DNA of 63,886 bases, filler included, from Reclinomonas americana ATCC 50394 (Eukaryota): assembly GCA_048213135.1 (NCBI GenBank). It is 6 parts of 5 records of this genome, joined end to end, with 100 filler letters (N's around TTAATTAATTAA, not from the genome) between each part and the next. Parts side by side here need not be neighbours in the genome. Positions count along the whole stretch, not along the records: positions 22,639 to 54,367 come from PS015217.1; positions 54,468 to 59,784 come from PS015219.1; 4 more parts are not named here. One strand, written 5' to 3'. Position 1 is the stretch's first letter, and each line of letters begins with the position of its first letter. The notes under the pieces are model-generated. The model was not told the origin of the DNA and searched no databases. It was given only the letters and a program-made list of their open reading frames with translations. This document shows, in pieces, positions 41,001 through 54,798 of the stretch. The translations under genes and the position numbers were made by a program.

Positions 41001-41635
41001 CTCGATTCCTGCACCCATTCTTGCGCTCACCCACTTGAGCAGCGATCTTGGCGCGCCGAAAGGCCACAGAGTGCCTCAACCCAGAGTACCCAGTGGGCGT
41101 ATGTCAGTCCATCAAGTTGCGCAATCTTCCCCTGCAGTGCCTCGTCTTCAAGAAGCTCACTGGTATGCGCAGGATCGACATGAATCACCCTCCGTCGGTG
41201 CTTGTGCCGACCGAGCACGAAATCAGGGCCAAGGAGGTGTGTGCTCCCGTGCAACGATCTCCATTAGCCACCACGCTCATCGACCTCGTTCTGTGTGTGT
41301 TTGTTACTGTGTGCGAGCAGGCCGCTGTGCGTCGACGTCGCGCACTGAACCGGTGGAAACTGGCCATCACCCTCATGCGCAATCCCAGCCTCCAGGAGCA
41401 TCGTTTGCATGCCATCGAGGCCCGTAAGGCGGAGGAGTTTGAGCGCCAGCAGCAATTGCTCGAGGAGCAGAAGGTGACGTGGCGTCAGACGGTGCGAGAT
41501 GTGGCGGCCGGACTTCGACCACTGGCGACACAGGCAATGCCGCTGTCACGAGTTGCACGACGAGGGTCAGTAGTGCAACCGTTGCCGCAGACCCTCGGCG
41601 ACATGATGTCGAAGACTCACGAGATGGAAGTATAA
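29275..41635 (+). CDS. Large membrane protein: N-terminal cytosolic tail, TM segment, about ten Ig-like repeats, then a STRA6/RBP-receptor-like multi-TM domain
   Basis: Repeats of QP.V.V.D..G.P..G...TD..G.A.F (31.1-38.4 kb). The C-terminal motifs FFYPLRLMV, YRKSIYQLRRG, FNNPLMHVFCKLL and ALNRWKLAITLMRNPSL parallel STRA6 motifs. TAA at 41633-41635. Confidence 0.85.
29770..30370. repeat. Intronic tandem duplications (three copies of gacgctgcca.tgt..tcgaacc.gtcactca.ttgtctctcact; two copies of cactcagcttcctctctctcccactgacactc)
   Basis: Direct reading inside intron 1 of the STRA6-like gene. Confidence 0.8.
34500..34900. repeat. Intronic ~100-115 nt tandem repeat, about four copies
   Basis: cctcgcct.ccct....tttctcaca..(g/c)tgagtct.tc..cactgcttc recurs near 34502, 34618, 34723 and 34820. 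Confidence 0.8.
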
Positions 41636-42632
41636 TGTACATAAAAGGCAACCACCGTGTGACAACTCCCACAGCTCTTCACTCTGATCAAGGCCACCAA
41701 GCAGTGTTCGCTGCTGCCGGCGCCGCGCGCTCCCGTTCGCTATCAACAACAATTCATTCACCAACAAACAGGCAAAGAAAAACACTTCATTCACCACATT
41801 CCACTAATGCGACAAATGTCCACAAATCCCTTGCCGACGATGACGAGGCCGGAGGAGGAATTCGAATTCGAAGAGGCCGGGGCGATCGCGAACACCGGTA
41901 CCGCCACGGCCGGCCCCACCACCTGCAAGCTGTGATTTCGCGCGCGCGCGATAGTTTGTGTGCATAGCCTTGACTTGCACTATTTCGTTCACTGCGTGCA
42001 TCCACGCTGCGATCAGATCGTAGCGCTGCGGTTGGTTGAAATGGTGCGCGAATTCAATCCAGATTTCCACTGTTGGAATATCATGGTTTCATAAAGTGAA
42101 AATACGATCGGAGTCTTACACACTCCTCTTGTTTTTCACTTTCTTTCCTGTTGAGACTCCCGTCATTGTGTTGACTCTGATCGTTCACTGTTGAAATTGC
42201 AATTTCAACAAGCTCGAGATGATGAGCACAAGGGAACTGGCCTCTCCTGCTCCTGCCTCGCCTGCAACTCCGCAACATCAGCTTCCGACCGTGCATGCTC
42301 AGCAGGTGTGCACACACGCGCACACGCACAGAGAACATCGAACAGAATTCTTCAAAACTACTGGGTAGTTGCTCATCATTCGTGGCGTGCACGTGCATGT
42401 GTTCTGTTCTGGAATTGTCGGAGCAGTTGTTCGCGACTGCACAGCACTCTCGCGTGTCGTGTGCCTGGTGTTGTGAGACACGCTGTATTGACAACATGGC
42501 GGACAGAGTATCTGTCTCCTGTTTGTGCATCGGCAGATCTTGGTTCACTGCACATCGTCTAGGTTCTTGTCAGGAGTACTCCTGTGCCCATTCGCTTCCT
42601 CCTCGCTGCAGCACGCATGCGAGCACGTAGAC

Positions 42633-43086
42633 ATGGTAGTGCGCAGCGTTTTGTACGCGTGTGGTTGCAGTTGACCTCACATCACGACTTGCGCAGGGCG
42701 CAACGATGAGGAGGTCTAAAGTGGACCGCGTATTTCACGACAAGTACTGGTTCCACCACTACTGCACTACAGGCGTTGCAAAATGTACGAACGCGTGCTT
42801 CAGCGCATTCGGCTATTGGAGCGTCATCCTCTTGTTTCCGGTACTCATGGTGGTGCCGGCACTGGTTGTTGCTCTCGACCTAATCCTGGTTCCCCTCACC
42901 TATCTCGTGTGGGGCATCTGCAAGTGCCTCACCTGTTGCTGCGAGTGCTGCTACTACGATGAACCGATACCCGAATTCCAGGAGGTGACGGTTACAGAGA
43001 TGGAGGTTCCCGTTCCCAAGGCCGATCTCGAGGCTGGCGATTCATCGGCGCCGACACCGGGAGCACCTGTGGCCGTGCGAGCGTGA
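42633..43086 (+). CDS. Small Cys-rich membrane protein
   Basis: Long hydrophobic stretch (WSVILLFPVLMVVPALVVALDLILVPLTYLVWG) followed by ICKCLTCCCECCYY and an acidic tail. Exact 5' structure is uncertain. Confidence 0.65.
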
Positions 43087-43755
43087 ACTTTGTATCGAGC
43101 GAGGGCACTGTTATTTCCGCGCGCGATGGCGATAGAGACAGAATGAAAACGACCTTTCTTTCGCTGGACAGTCAATTGCAAGAACACGAACGCGCACACC
43201 TGCCTATTTGTTGATACCTGCCTGTTGTTGTTGTCCATCCGAGCTTTGGACCCTTAAGCTTCCTTTAAGCTTCGCGCAGTTGCGTACAATCCAGTACGTT
43301 CACTCATGTACTGCAGCACCCAGCTTAAACGAGTTCAGCGTCTACGCACAGGCAGTGAAAAGCCACATGTACATTCTCGGTTTCTCATCTTGCCTTTCTT
43401 GCGTGATCATGACATTGTTCGCACCTCCTCTCACTGAGATGGGCATGTGCTGCGGTCCAGTGGCTCACGCTATTCTAGCGTCACAGCCACGCTGGGGAGC
43501 ATTCAGAGGAGTGGCACGACGCGCACTGCAGCTACAATGCCATCTGGAAGTGGGCTGCAGCTGCGAAGTTGGGTGCGTGTCGGTGATTCGCGCGCAAGTC
43601 GTGTGATCTGTGTCAGCGCTCTAGCCCTGGACTCGACCCGCGGCGCTCCCATCGACCCAGCACGTGCACGACGTCAGCAGGTTAGCGGTCGTCCTGCGCA
43701 CGTGATTAATATTCCAAGATCAAGACCAAGCGCAATCGAGACGCGAGGGGAGAAC

Positions 43756-44046
43756 ATGGTGTTCATTGCGATTGACGGAAGCAACATCAATACCACGGTG
43801 AGAGCGAGGGAAGGAAAGAGAGAATCAAGCGTTTGTGTGTGATAACTGGCAGCTCAGTGAGTGCGAGAAGATGCGGCTCACTCTGACTCTCTCTCTCTCT
43901 CTCTGCGGCAGGTCACGGTCACTCTGCCGTACGGCCTGACGCAGCAACAGGCAGCCATTGAGCAAAGCCAGGGCATGCCTCTGCAGCCGTTTGGCGAGTT
44001 TGAGAATACGATGCAGGTCATTGAGCAGATTAACCTGGGAATCTGA
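43756..44046 (+). CDS. Microprotein family member 2 (58 aa): MVFIAIDGSNINTT|VTVTLPYGLTQQQAAIEQSQGMPLQPFGEFENTMQVIEQINLGI
   Basis: Exon 1 43756-43797, GTGAGA...CAG intron, exon 2 43912-44046 (TGA). Confidence 0.9.
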
Positions 44047-44050
44047 TCAT

Positions 44051-44153
<103 letters not shown>

Positions 44154-45371
44154 GAGTANNNNNNNNNNNNNNNNNNNNNNNNNNNNNNNNNNNNNNNNNN
44201 NNNNNNNNNNNNNNNNNNNNNNNNNNNNNNNNNNNNNNNNNNNNNNNNNNNNNNNNNNNNNNNNNNNNNNNNNNNNNNNNNNNNNNNNNNNNNNNNNNNN
44301 NNNNNNNNNNNNNNNNNNNNNNNNNNNNNNNNNNNNNNNNNNNNNNNNNNNNNNNNNNNNNNNNNNNNNNNNNNNNNNNNNNNNNNNNNNNNNNNNNNNN
44401 NNNNNNNNNNNNNNNNNNNNNNNNNNNNNNNNNNNNNNNNNNNNNNNNNNNNNNNNNNNNNNNNNNNNNNNNNNNNNNNNNNNNNNNNNNNNNNNNNNNN
44501 NNNNNNNNNNNNNNNNNNNNNNNNNNNNNNNNNNNNNNNNNNNNNNNNNNNNNNNNNNNNNNNNNNNNNNNNNNNNNNNNNNNNNNNNNNNNNNNNNNNN
44601 NNNNNNNNNNNNNNNNNNNNNNNNNNNNNNNNNNNNNNNNNNNNNNNNNNNNNNNNNNNNNNNNNNNNNNNNNNNNNNNNNNNNNNNNNNNNNNNNNNNN
44701 NNNNNNNNNNNNNNNNNNNNNNNNNNNNNNNNNNNNNNNNNNNNNNNNNNNNNNNNNNNNNNNNNNNNNNNNNNNNNNNNNNNNNNNNNNNNNNNNNNNN
44801 NNNNNNNNNNNNNNNNNNNNNNNNNNNNNNNNNNNNNNNNNNNNNNNNNNNNNNNNNNNNNNNNNNNNNNNNNNNNNNNNNNNNNNNNNNNNNNNNNNNN
44901 NNNNNNNNNNNNNNNNNNNNNNNNNNNNNNNNNNNNNNNNNNNNNNNNNNNNNNNNNNNNNNNNNNNNNNNNNNNNNNNNNNNNNNNNNNNNNNNNNNTG
45001 GTGGGATACCGAGTACTCTTTCGTGTCGTCGCGATGTACAGTACACTGTCGTTCCTTGCGAAGGTCACTGTGCAAGTCGCACCTCACTGACAACCACAGC
45101 GTTTCTCTTCATTGTCGGCAAGGGATGTGTGGGCGTACTGGAATGCGGTGAATGATCATGAAGTGTTTTGTTTGTTGTTTGATTGAGACAGTTCATCGCA
45201 CGCGGATCTGGAAAGAATACGTATACCATGCAACACTGTTCGGCACACAGTTATCATAATTACCCCTGCCTGCCTCCCTTCTCCATGACAGGAAAGCCTC
45301 CAACAGTGCACGATGAAGTCCAGCCGATGTCCTGTTCACGGCATTCTTTGCATAGCAGCAAGCACACAGCC

Positions 45372-45641
45372 ATGGTGTTCATCTCCATCCAAGGCAGCAA
45401 CATCAACACCACGGTGAGCTCACAGTGACGCGCATGCAGTGTGTGCTCATGGCGAGTGCGAGAAGTTTTCGACTCACACACACACATCTCCCTCTCACAG
45501 ATCACGCAGGCAGCGAGTGAGCCCTTCAACCTCACTCCGCAGCAGGCGAGTGTGGAGCAGAGCAACGGCTTCCAGCTGATGCCGTTTGGCGAGTTCGTCC
45601 ACCTCCAGTACATGCAGGAGGAGTTTGCCTTCAACTACTGA
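45372..45641 (+). CDS. Microprotein family member 3 (60 aa): MVFISIQGSNINTT|ITQAASEPFNLTPQQASVEQSNGFQLMPFGEFVHLQYMQEEFAFNY
   Basis: Exon 1 45372-45413, GTGAGC...CAG intron, exon 2 45501-45641 (TGA). Confidence 0.9.
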
Positions 45642-45783
45642 GAGAGAGAGAGAGAGAAGAGAGAGTCAGTCACAAACAAAGAGAGGGAAAGCGCAGCCAT
45701 TGGCATGCCCTTTGTTTTTTTGTTTTGTTTTGTGAAGGCCGTCCTCGTGTCAATAACACACTCATTTGCAACATATCAACAAC

Positions 45784-46227
45784 ATGGTGCTCATTGTTGT
45801 CCAAGGCAGCAACATCAATACCACGGTGAGTCTTACGCAAAGCAATGTGCACTGCTCTTCTTTCACGAGCTTGAGTGGAACCTCACATGTGCGCCAGTGA
45901 GTGCGAGAACTTTTCAGTGTGCGCCTCTCATTCTTGTGTGTTTGCGTGTGCGTGAGAGAGAGAGAGAGAGAGAGTGAGTGAGTGTGTCAAAACCACACTG
46001 CTCTTGCACGCTTGAGAAACCGCATGCAAACAATGTGCGTGAGAGCTATTCAATAAGTTTGCTCCTCTCCCTCTCTCCCTCTCTGTCTGTGCATGTGTGT
46101 GTATGTGTACGCGTGTCATATCACAAACCACAGTGCACTTCTCTTTCATGCTTGAGAAAGCACATGCAGACAATGAGAGTGAGAACTCTTCAGTGCCTCT
46201 CTCTCTACCTCTCCCTCTCCCTCTCTC

Positions 46228-46274
<47 letters not shown>

Positions 46275-46677
46275 NNNNNNNNNNNNNNNNNNNNCTCTCT
46301 CTCTCCTCTCCTCCTCCTCTCTCTCTCTCTGTCTCTCTCTCTCTCTCTTCTCCCTATCTCTCTCCCTCTGTGCATGTGTGTATGTGTACGCCTGTCAATA
46401 CCACGAACACCACTCTGCACTGCTCATTCATGTACAACAAGAGTGAGAACTTTTCCGTGTGTTTATGTGCGCTTCTCGCTCACCTTTCTCTCTCTCTCTC
46501 TCTTCTCCCTCTTCGCGTGTACAGATCTCTCAGCCCGTGAGTGAGCCATTTGGCTTGACTCCGCAGCAGGCGGCCTTTGAGCAGAGCGCTGGACTCGGGC
46601 TGATGCCGTTTGGCCAGTTTGAGTTCATTGTCACGAGGGATAATGAGATGGCGAGTGGGTTTTTCTGCGGCTGCTGA
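45784..46677 (+). CDS. Microprotein family member 4 (64 aa): MVLIVVQGSNINTT|ISQPVSEPFGLTPQQAAFEQSAGLGLMPFGQFEFIVTRDNEMASGFFCGC
   Basis: Exon 1 45784-45825, GTGAGT donor, an expanded intron containing a 20-N gap, exon 2 46525-46677 (TGA). Confidence 0.85.
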
Positions 46678-46988
46678 GCTCGAGCAGAGGAAGTGCGTGT
46701 GTGAGGGAGATGCAGACATGCTGCACGCGGTTTCACGTGCAGTGAACGATCTCATGCTGTCTGTTCTCTGTTTGATCGGCTTGTATCGCGTGTGTGCTTT
46801 TCTCTCGTTTCGTCAGACAAGGATGCGCGAAGCTTCTGCACGAACCACTGTATCTGTTTCTCGATCCTTCTTGTTGGCTCGAGCTCCCTTCCTCGCGGCG
46901 AGTGGTCACTGTCAGTGTTGCTCTGAAGAGACATATGCATGGACTCGAGGTTTGTGTGCCAACCAGCCATCCAGATTCATCATGGCCA

Positions 46989-47027
<39 letters not shown>

Positions 47028-47638
47028 GCACGTACAGCTGCCGACTTGCGCAAGAGGACGACAGACTGCGTTCTCTCCACTCTCCTCCCCACTTGGTCTC
47101 CGGATCCTCCCAGCCGTCAGCTCGCGAATCGATCGATATCAACATTGCGTTAGCTCCTGCATGTCAACCTGTGCGACCAACTTGAGGAGGGTAACATACT
47201 GCGTGTTTCCACTGTCCTGCTTGGTCTGTGCCTCCACAGTTCACTGTGGCCAAGCTGTGCCCTCCAGTATCGATATCGATCAATATCTTGCTGCGTGATC
47301 CAGCGAAACCATCGCTGACGACTTGGACTGGCTTGGAGAGGACGATGAGATACGTGCTTTCCACCACCCAAGTTGCCCTCTGCCTTCTTGCAGCCATCAA
47401 CACTGTCCCGTATCAATATCGGGTTCGAAAACTATACTTCGACTCTTCTCGCTCCCTCACTGCTGGCGACGCTCTTCTGCATGTTGCACTCAATGCAAGT
47501 CGCAGGCATCTTGTCTCTAGTCTGCTTCCAGGTGAACAAAGTGGCAGACGTGGCGTGCATTTTCGATGCAATTCAGCACACATTGTACAGTTGTCCACCT
47601 CAGTCCCCTTTTCGTCTTTCTCTCGTCCTCTCACGCCA

Positions 47639-47893
47639 ATGGAAGCCAGCAGAGAGGAGTTCAACGCAGAGGCATACTGTGCACACGCTGTGGAGGCGCT
47701 CATTGATCACATTGGCGCAGTGGTCGCAGATGACGAGGATCAGGATGATTGTGTAAGTGGTGTTGTGTGGACGCGGGCGTGTGTGGAGCGCGCGAAACGA
47801 GAGTGGAACTTGCGTGTGGTCACCTCGGTGTGCTTGAATGAGCGGGAGAAGTGGGCGGTGGAGGGGGAGGAGGGGAGAGCAGGTTTGTTGAGG

Positions 47894-47941
<48 letters not shown>

Positions 47942-48677
47942 GGAGGGGAGGGAGGGAGGGAGAGAGGAGGGAGGGAGGGAGGTGGTGCGAGAGAGAGAGA
48001 GAGANNNNNNNNNNNNNNNNNNNNNNNNNNNNNNNNNNNNNNNNNNNNNNNNNNNNNNNNNNNNNNNNNNNNNNNNNNNNNNNNNNNNNNNNNNNNNNNN
48101 NNNNNNNNNNNNNNNNNNNNNNNNNNNNNNNNNNNNNNNNNNNNNNNNNNNNNNNNNNNNNNNNNNNNNNNNNNNNNNNNNNNNNNNNNNNNNNNNNNNN
48201 NNNNNNNNNNNNNNNNNNNNNNNNNNNNNNNNNNNNNNNNNNNNNNNNNNNNNNNNNNNNNNNNNNNNNNNNNNNNNNNNNNNNNNNNNNNNNNNNNNNN
48301 NNNNNNNNNNNNNNNNNNNNNNNNNNNNNNNNNNNNNNNNNNNNNNNNNNNNNNNNNNNNNNNNNNNNNNNNNNNNNNNNNNNNNNNNNNNNNNNNNNNN
48401 NNNNNNNNNNNNNNNNNNNNNNNNNNNNNNNNNNNNNNNNNNNNNNNNNNNNNNNNNNNNNNNNNNNNNNNNNNNNNNNNNNNNGAGAGAGAGGGGGGAG
48501 GGAGGGAAGGGGAGAGAGAGGGAGGGAGGGAGGTGTGCAGCAAGAGAGAGAGAGAGGTGAGACAGTGGACTATTGATTTTCCGAGTTGAAGGCACTCTGT
48601 CTCCCGAGTGTTCCCGTCCTCTCGCATGCTCTTATTCTTCTTCCGCCTGTCCCTTGCGCCTTTGCTCTTTTCCAGAG

Positions 48678-48713
<36 letters not shown>

Positions 48714-51700
48714 GCGCTTCTCCCTTGTGTTTCCTTGTTCTTCCCCCTTTGCTCTCGCTGTACTGCTCTCCCTTGGCTCTCTCCCTGTGCTCCTTCGCTC
48801 CTCCAATCCCTTCCCCTTTGCTTTTCTCTCTTTGCTCACCTTTTTGCTCCCTCCCTATGTTCCTCCTATCGCTCCTCTCGCTTCCGCTCTTCCCCTTTGC
48901 TCTTCCCCCTTTGATCTCTCTTCGCCCCCCCCCCTCTTCTCTCTCTCATTTCCTCTATGCTCGTCTCCCGGCTCCCTCCATGTGCTGTCCCCCTGGCTGT
49001 TTACTGTCTCTCTCTCTCTCTCTCTCTCTCATCTTCTTCCTTCGTTCTTCCCCACGCACTCCTCCCTCCCTGTGCTCCTCTCCCTCCGTCTTTCCCCAGT
49101 TCCTTCCCCTTAATCCTCCTTCCCCTTCATCCTCCTGCCCCCTCACCTCCTCCCTTCCACAGCCCCCCGCGTGCAATTCACCCAACTTGCCTGCGTCGAG
49201 CAACACGAATCGTTTCGTCGCTCACAATCCCCTTCTTCTCCCCTGTCGGCACCCTCACTCTCACATGCAGTGGCGCCTGCGGGTACTACGCCCTGCACAA
49301 CGCCCTCCTTCTGACACACTTGCCGGATCCGCGACTCTCCGTATTCTCGTTGCGCCCTTTTGTCGTCTTTTCCCCCGCCCTCCCTCCGCTCACCCTTACC
49401 GCAGTCCGGTCAACGCCCTCTACCTGTCGGCCACGCTGCGCGATGTGCCACTCTTCTACAGCACCTACGTGCGCGTGAAGCAGCTGCTGCGGCACGAGTG
49501 TGACGTGCGGCGCAGAGCACGCCGCCACGAAGTCGGACTGTTGCCGTCGCCAGGTTCATTCTCACGCACGTATACTTGTTCACCTGTCGTCCATCTCATC
49601 CTGTGCGAAACCAGATGCCGACATGCATTCCGCACTGCTGCGCTCGATGAGTGAGGCCGAACGCGAGGGTGCGTTGATCTCTGTTAGAATGTGCATCGCG
49701 GAGAGCGTGTGCACTATTGTAAAGAGCTTTCGGAGCCAGACAAGGATAGGAGACGTGCAGATGGAGCCAGACAAGGGGAGGGATGTGCAGACAAAGATAG
49801 GAGACGTGTAGATGGAGCAAGTCACGCGTAGGAGACGTGTAGATGGGGCTAGACATGGATAGGAGACTAGTGTATGGAGACAGACAAGGAGAGAAGATGT
49901 GTAGATGGAGCTAAGCAAGGGTAGGAGACGTGTAGCTTGAGCCAGACAAAAATAGAAGATGAGATAGAGCCAGATAAGAGTAGGAGACGTGTAGATGGAG
50001 CATAACAAGAATACGAGACGTGTAGAGGAGCCATGCAGGGATAGGAGACGTGAAGATGGAGCTAGAGAAGGTTAGGAGACGTGAAGATTGAGCCAGTCAA
50101 GGCAAGGAGATGTGTAGATGGAGCCAAACAAGGATAGAAGACGTGTAAATATGGCCAGACAAGGGATGGATACGTGGCCAGACCAAGATAGGAGGCGTGT
50201 AGATAAAGCCAGACAAGGCAAGGAGATGTGTAGGTGGAGGCAGACAAGGAGAGTGTCGATGGAGCCAGACCAGGATAGGAGACGTGTGGATGGAGCCAGA
50301 CAAGGGAAGGATTTATATATGGAGCAAGAGAAGGATAGGAGATGAGTCGATGGTCTCCCATCCCTCGCCTCACAACTTACCCTTCAATGCAGAGGAGGAA
50401 GTCAACCTGTATCCGTGGGTGCGCCAGGCAATCTTGCACGCCGACATGGAACGGCCGCATCTCGACTTTTTGTTGTCGGCGGTGAGCCGCCTTCTCCGCG
50501 TATCTATCCGCTTTTGCCGCTCACCTTCACCGCCACAGGACGCACAATCACCTCCTCAGCCTCCCGGCGCTCTCCGTATGCTGCAAACGCTTCTGGCCTC
50601 CGCGTCGTCCGTGCCCGTCACCACTGTTCCCCAATTCGGCGTACAGGCTTTCACCACGGGCCAGTTGGTGGATTCGGAGAGTTGCGCTTGATCTCTCCTC
50701 CTCAATATGAGAGAGAGTGTATTAACACGCGTGCTTCTCTCTTACCAGTCGACGATCTGCACCGCACGTTTGCCAGGCTGCAGACGGGCCCGATGGGGAG
50801 TCGAGCGATTTTCATTGTCGGCGTGCACAATGTTCCGTCCCCTTTCCTTCTTTTCTCCTCTCCTCCTCCACCGCTGCGCATTCCTCACCTCCCGTGACAC
50901 AGCACTGGGTGACGGTGACGGCGTACAAGGTGGTGGATGCGGTGGAGCATGACGACCGGGGAGCGTACGAGGTCACGCTGCTCAACTCACACAACTACCC
51001 AGTGGTGTGCCAGGATGCCGACTCGCGCGCAGTCATTGTGGTTTGTCCTCAACTTTCCTGTTCGCTTTCTCCACCGGCACGACAACTCATCTGTGCACAA
51101 AAGGACAAGTGGATTGATGAGTTGAAGCGAACCAAGGCGCAGCGACCGCCAGCGGCGGCAGCAGCCGAGGATAGCCGCGCCAACATGCTCGAGGGTCTCA
51201 GCTCGATTGACGCAGCGTGTCGCTTGGTGGGTCGCCTGTGCGCCGAGCCCATCTACATTTACCGGTTTGTTGACACCCGAAAGCCTCGTAGCACACGCTC
51301 ACTCACTCACTACTCCTTCTTGCCAGACACTACGTGGAGTGTGTGGTTCTCGGCCTCTTTTCGTCGTTCAACCAGTGGGTCGTCACCAACACCGAGGCTC
51401 GTTTGCACACTTGCCATGCAAGACAACTCGCAACTCACTCGCGTCTGTGCGCAGTTCCGCGGCGACGATCCAACTGTTCCGTGGGGTCCCATGGATGTGG
51501 CGCTGTGGTTGACGGCTGGCTACCTCCCGCCCCAAATCCAAGAGTGCGTGGTGCGACGAGTGCTCCAGTACGGCGCCAAGAAATGCGTGTCGCCGGCACT
51601 GGCTCGCCGCCTGCTGGAGTGGTCGGCGGAGATCCGCAGTCGGGTGAATCTGGAAGACGACGACCTGGCTGACACATTCGGCGACATGCCTGCACGCTTT

Positions 51701-51766
51701 GTGCCGGTGCTTGCAGCACTCGAGGCGTTGGCACGATCCGCACTTGTGGAAGACGAGGAGGAGTAA
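47639..51766 (+). CDS. Putative papain-fold (Josephin-like) cysteine peptidase, multi-exon
   Basis: Spliced EQHESGACGYYALHNA (Q-x5-C, ~49198-49303), IFIVGVHN|HWVTVTAY (His, ~50903) and VTLLNSHN (Asn, ~50985) give the Cys-His-Asn order of papain-like folds. TAA at 51764-51766. The 5' exon link crosses a gap. Confidence 0.6.
49731..50345. repeat. Intronic ~30-nt minisatellite, about 20 degenerate copies of GGATAGGAGACGTGTAGATGGAGCCAGACAA
   Basis: Direct reading; head-to-tail with no unique spacers. Confidence 0.9.
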
Positions 51767-51812
51767 AGCATGTTGTTATCATTAAATGAGTCGCGGTCCT
51801 TCTCCTTGCCAG

Positions 51813-51943
51813 AAGAGTGCGTGGTGCGACGAGTGCTCCTGTACGGCGCCGAGATATGCTTGTCGCCGGCACTGGCTCGCCGCCTGTTGGAGTGCTCGGC
51901 GGAGATCCACGGTCAGCGTGAATCTGGAAGACGACGACCTGGC
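51813..51943 (+). pseudogene. Degenerate partial duplicate of the peptidase last exon (51540-51669)
   Basis: Near-identical DNA (ECVVRRVLLYGAEICLSPALARRLLE) with a frameshift before VNLEDDDLA. Confidence 0.85.
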
Positions 51944-52040
51944 CGACCTCGAGACCTTGTCACGAGCTGCACTTTGTGGAGTAAAATGAAATGAAGCAGC
52001 ATGCCACAGGTACACATAATAGTATTCTTTTTCATAATCA

Positions 52041-54225
<2,185 letters not shown>

Positions 54226-54269
54226 CTGCCGATTGGAGAAGGGAGGGAGAGAGAAAGGGGGAGAGAGAG

Positions 54270-54367
<98 letters not shown>

Positions 54368-54467
54368 NNNNNNNNNNNNNNNNNNNNNNNNNNNNNNNNN
54401 NNNNNNNNNNNTTAATTAATTAANNNNNNNNNNNNNNNNNNNNNNNNNNNNNNNNNNNNNNNNNNNN
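54368..54467. other. Artificial scaffold linker
   Basis: N44-TTAATTAATTAA-N44. Confidence 0.95.
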
Positions 54468-54798
54468 GCACGATAGATAAGCACCAAAGCAAGGAGGAGG
54501 AAACAGAAGAGGGGGAGGGAAAGAGAAGAAGGAAAGAAGAAGGAGAAGGAGGAGGAGGAGGAGGAGGAGGAGAAGGAGGAGAAGGAGAAGGAGGAGGAGG
54601 AGAAGGAGGAGGAGGAGAAGGAGGAGGAGAAGAAGGAAGAGTAGGGGAGAGAGAGAGCAAGGAGGAGAAGAAGAAGAAAGAGAAGAGCATGCAAGAAGAA
54701 GAAGAAGAAGAAGGAGAAGAGCATGCAAGAAGAAGAAGAAGAAGAAGGAGAGAAGACGACAAAGAAGGAACAGAAGGGGAAGCAGCAGTGGGCGCAAC

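Noticed and set aside
41700-42500. Possible small minus-strand gene
   Set aside because: No consistent spliced model or recognisable motif could be built.
46666-46704. Selenocysteine readthrough (C-G-C-TGA) in microprotein 4
   Set aside because: Paralogues stop at comparable positions (one with TAA), and I could not identify a SECIS element by eye.
49731-50345. CRISPR-like array
   Set aside because: Units are contiguous and degenerate with no unique spacers, no cas genes are present, and the context is a eukaryotic intron.
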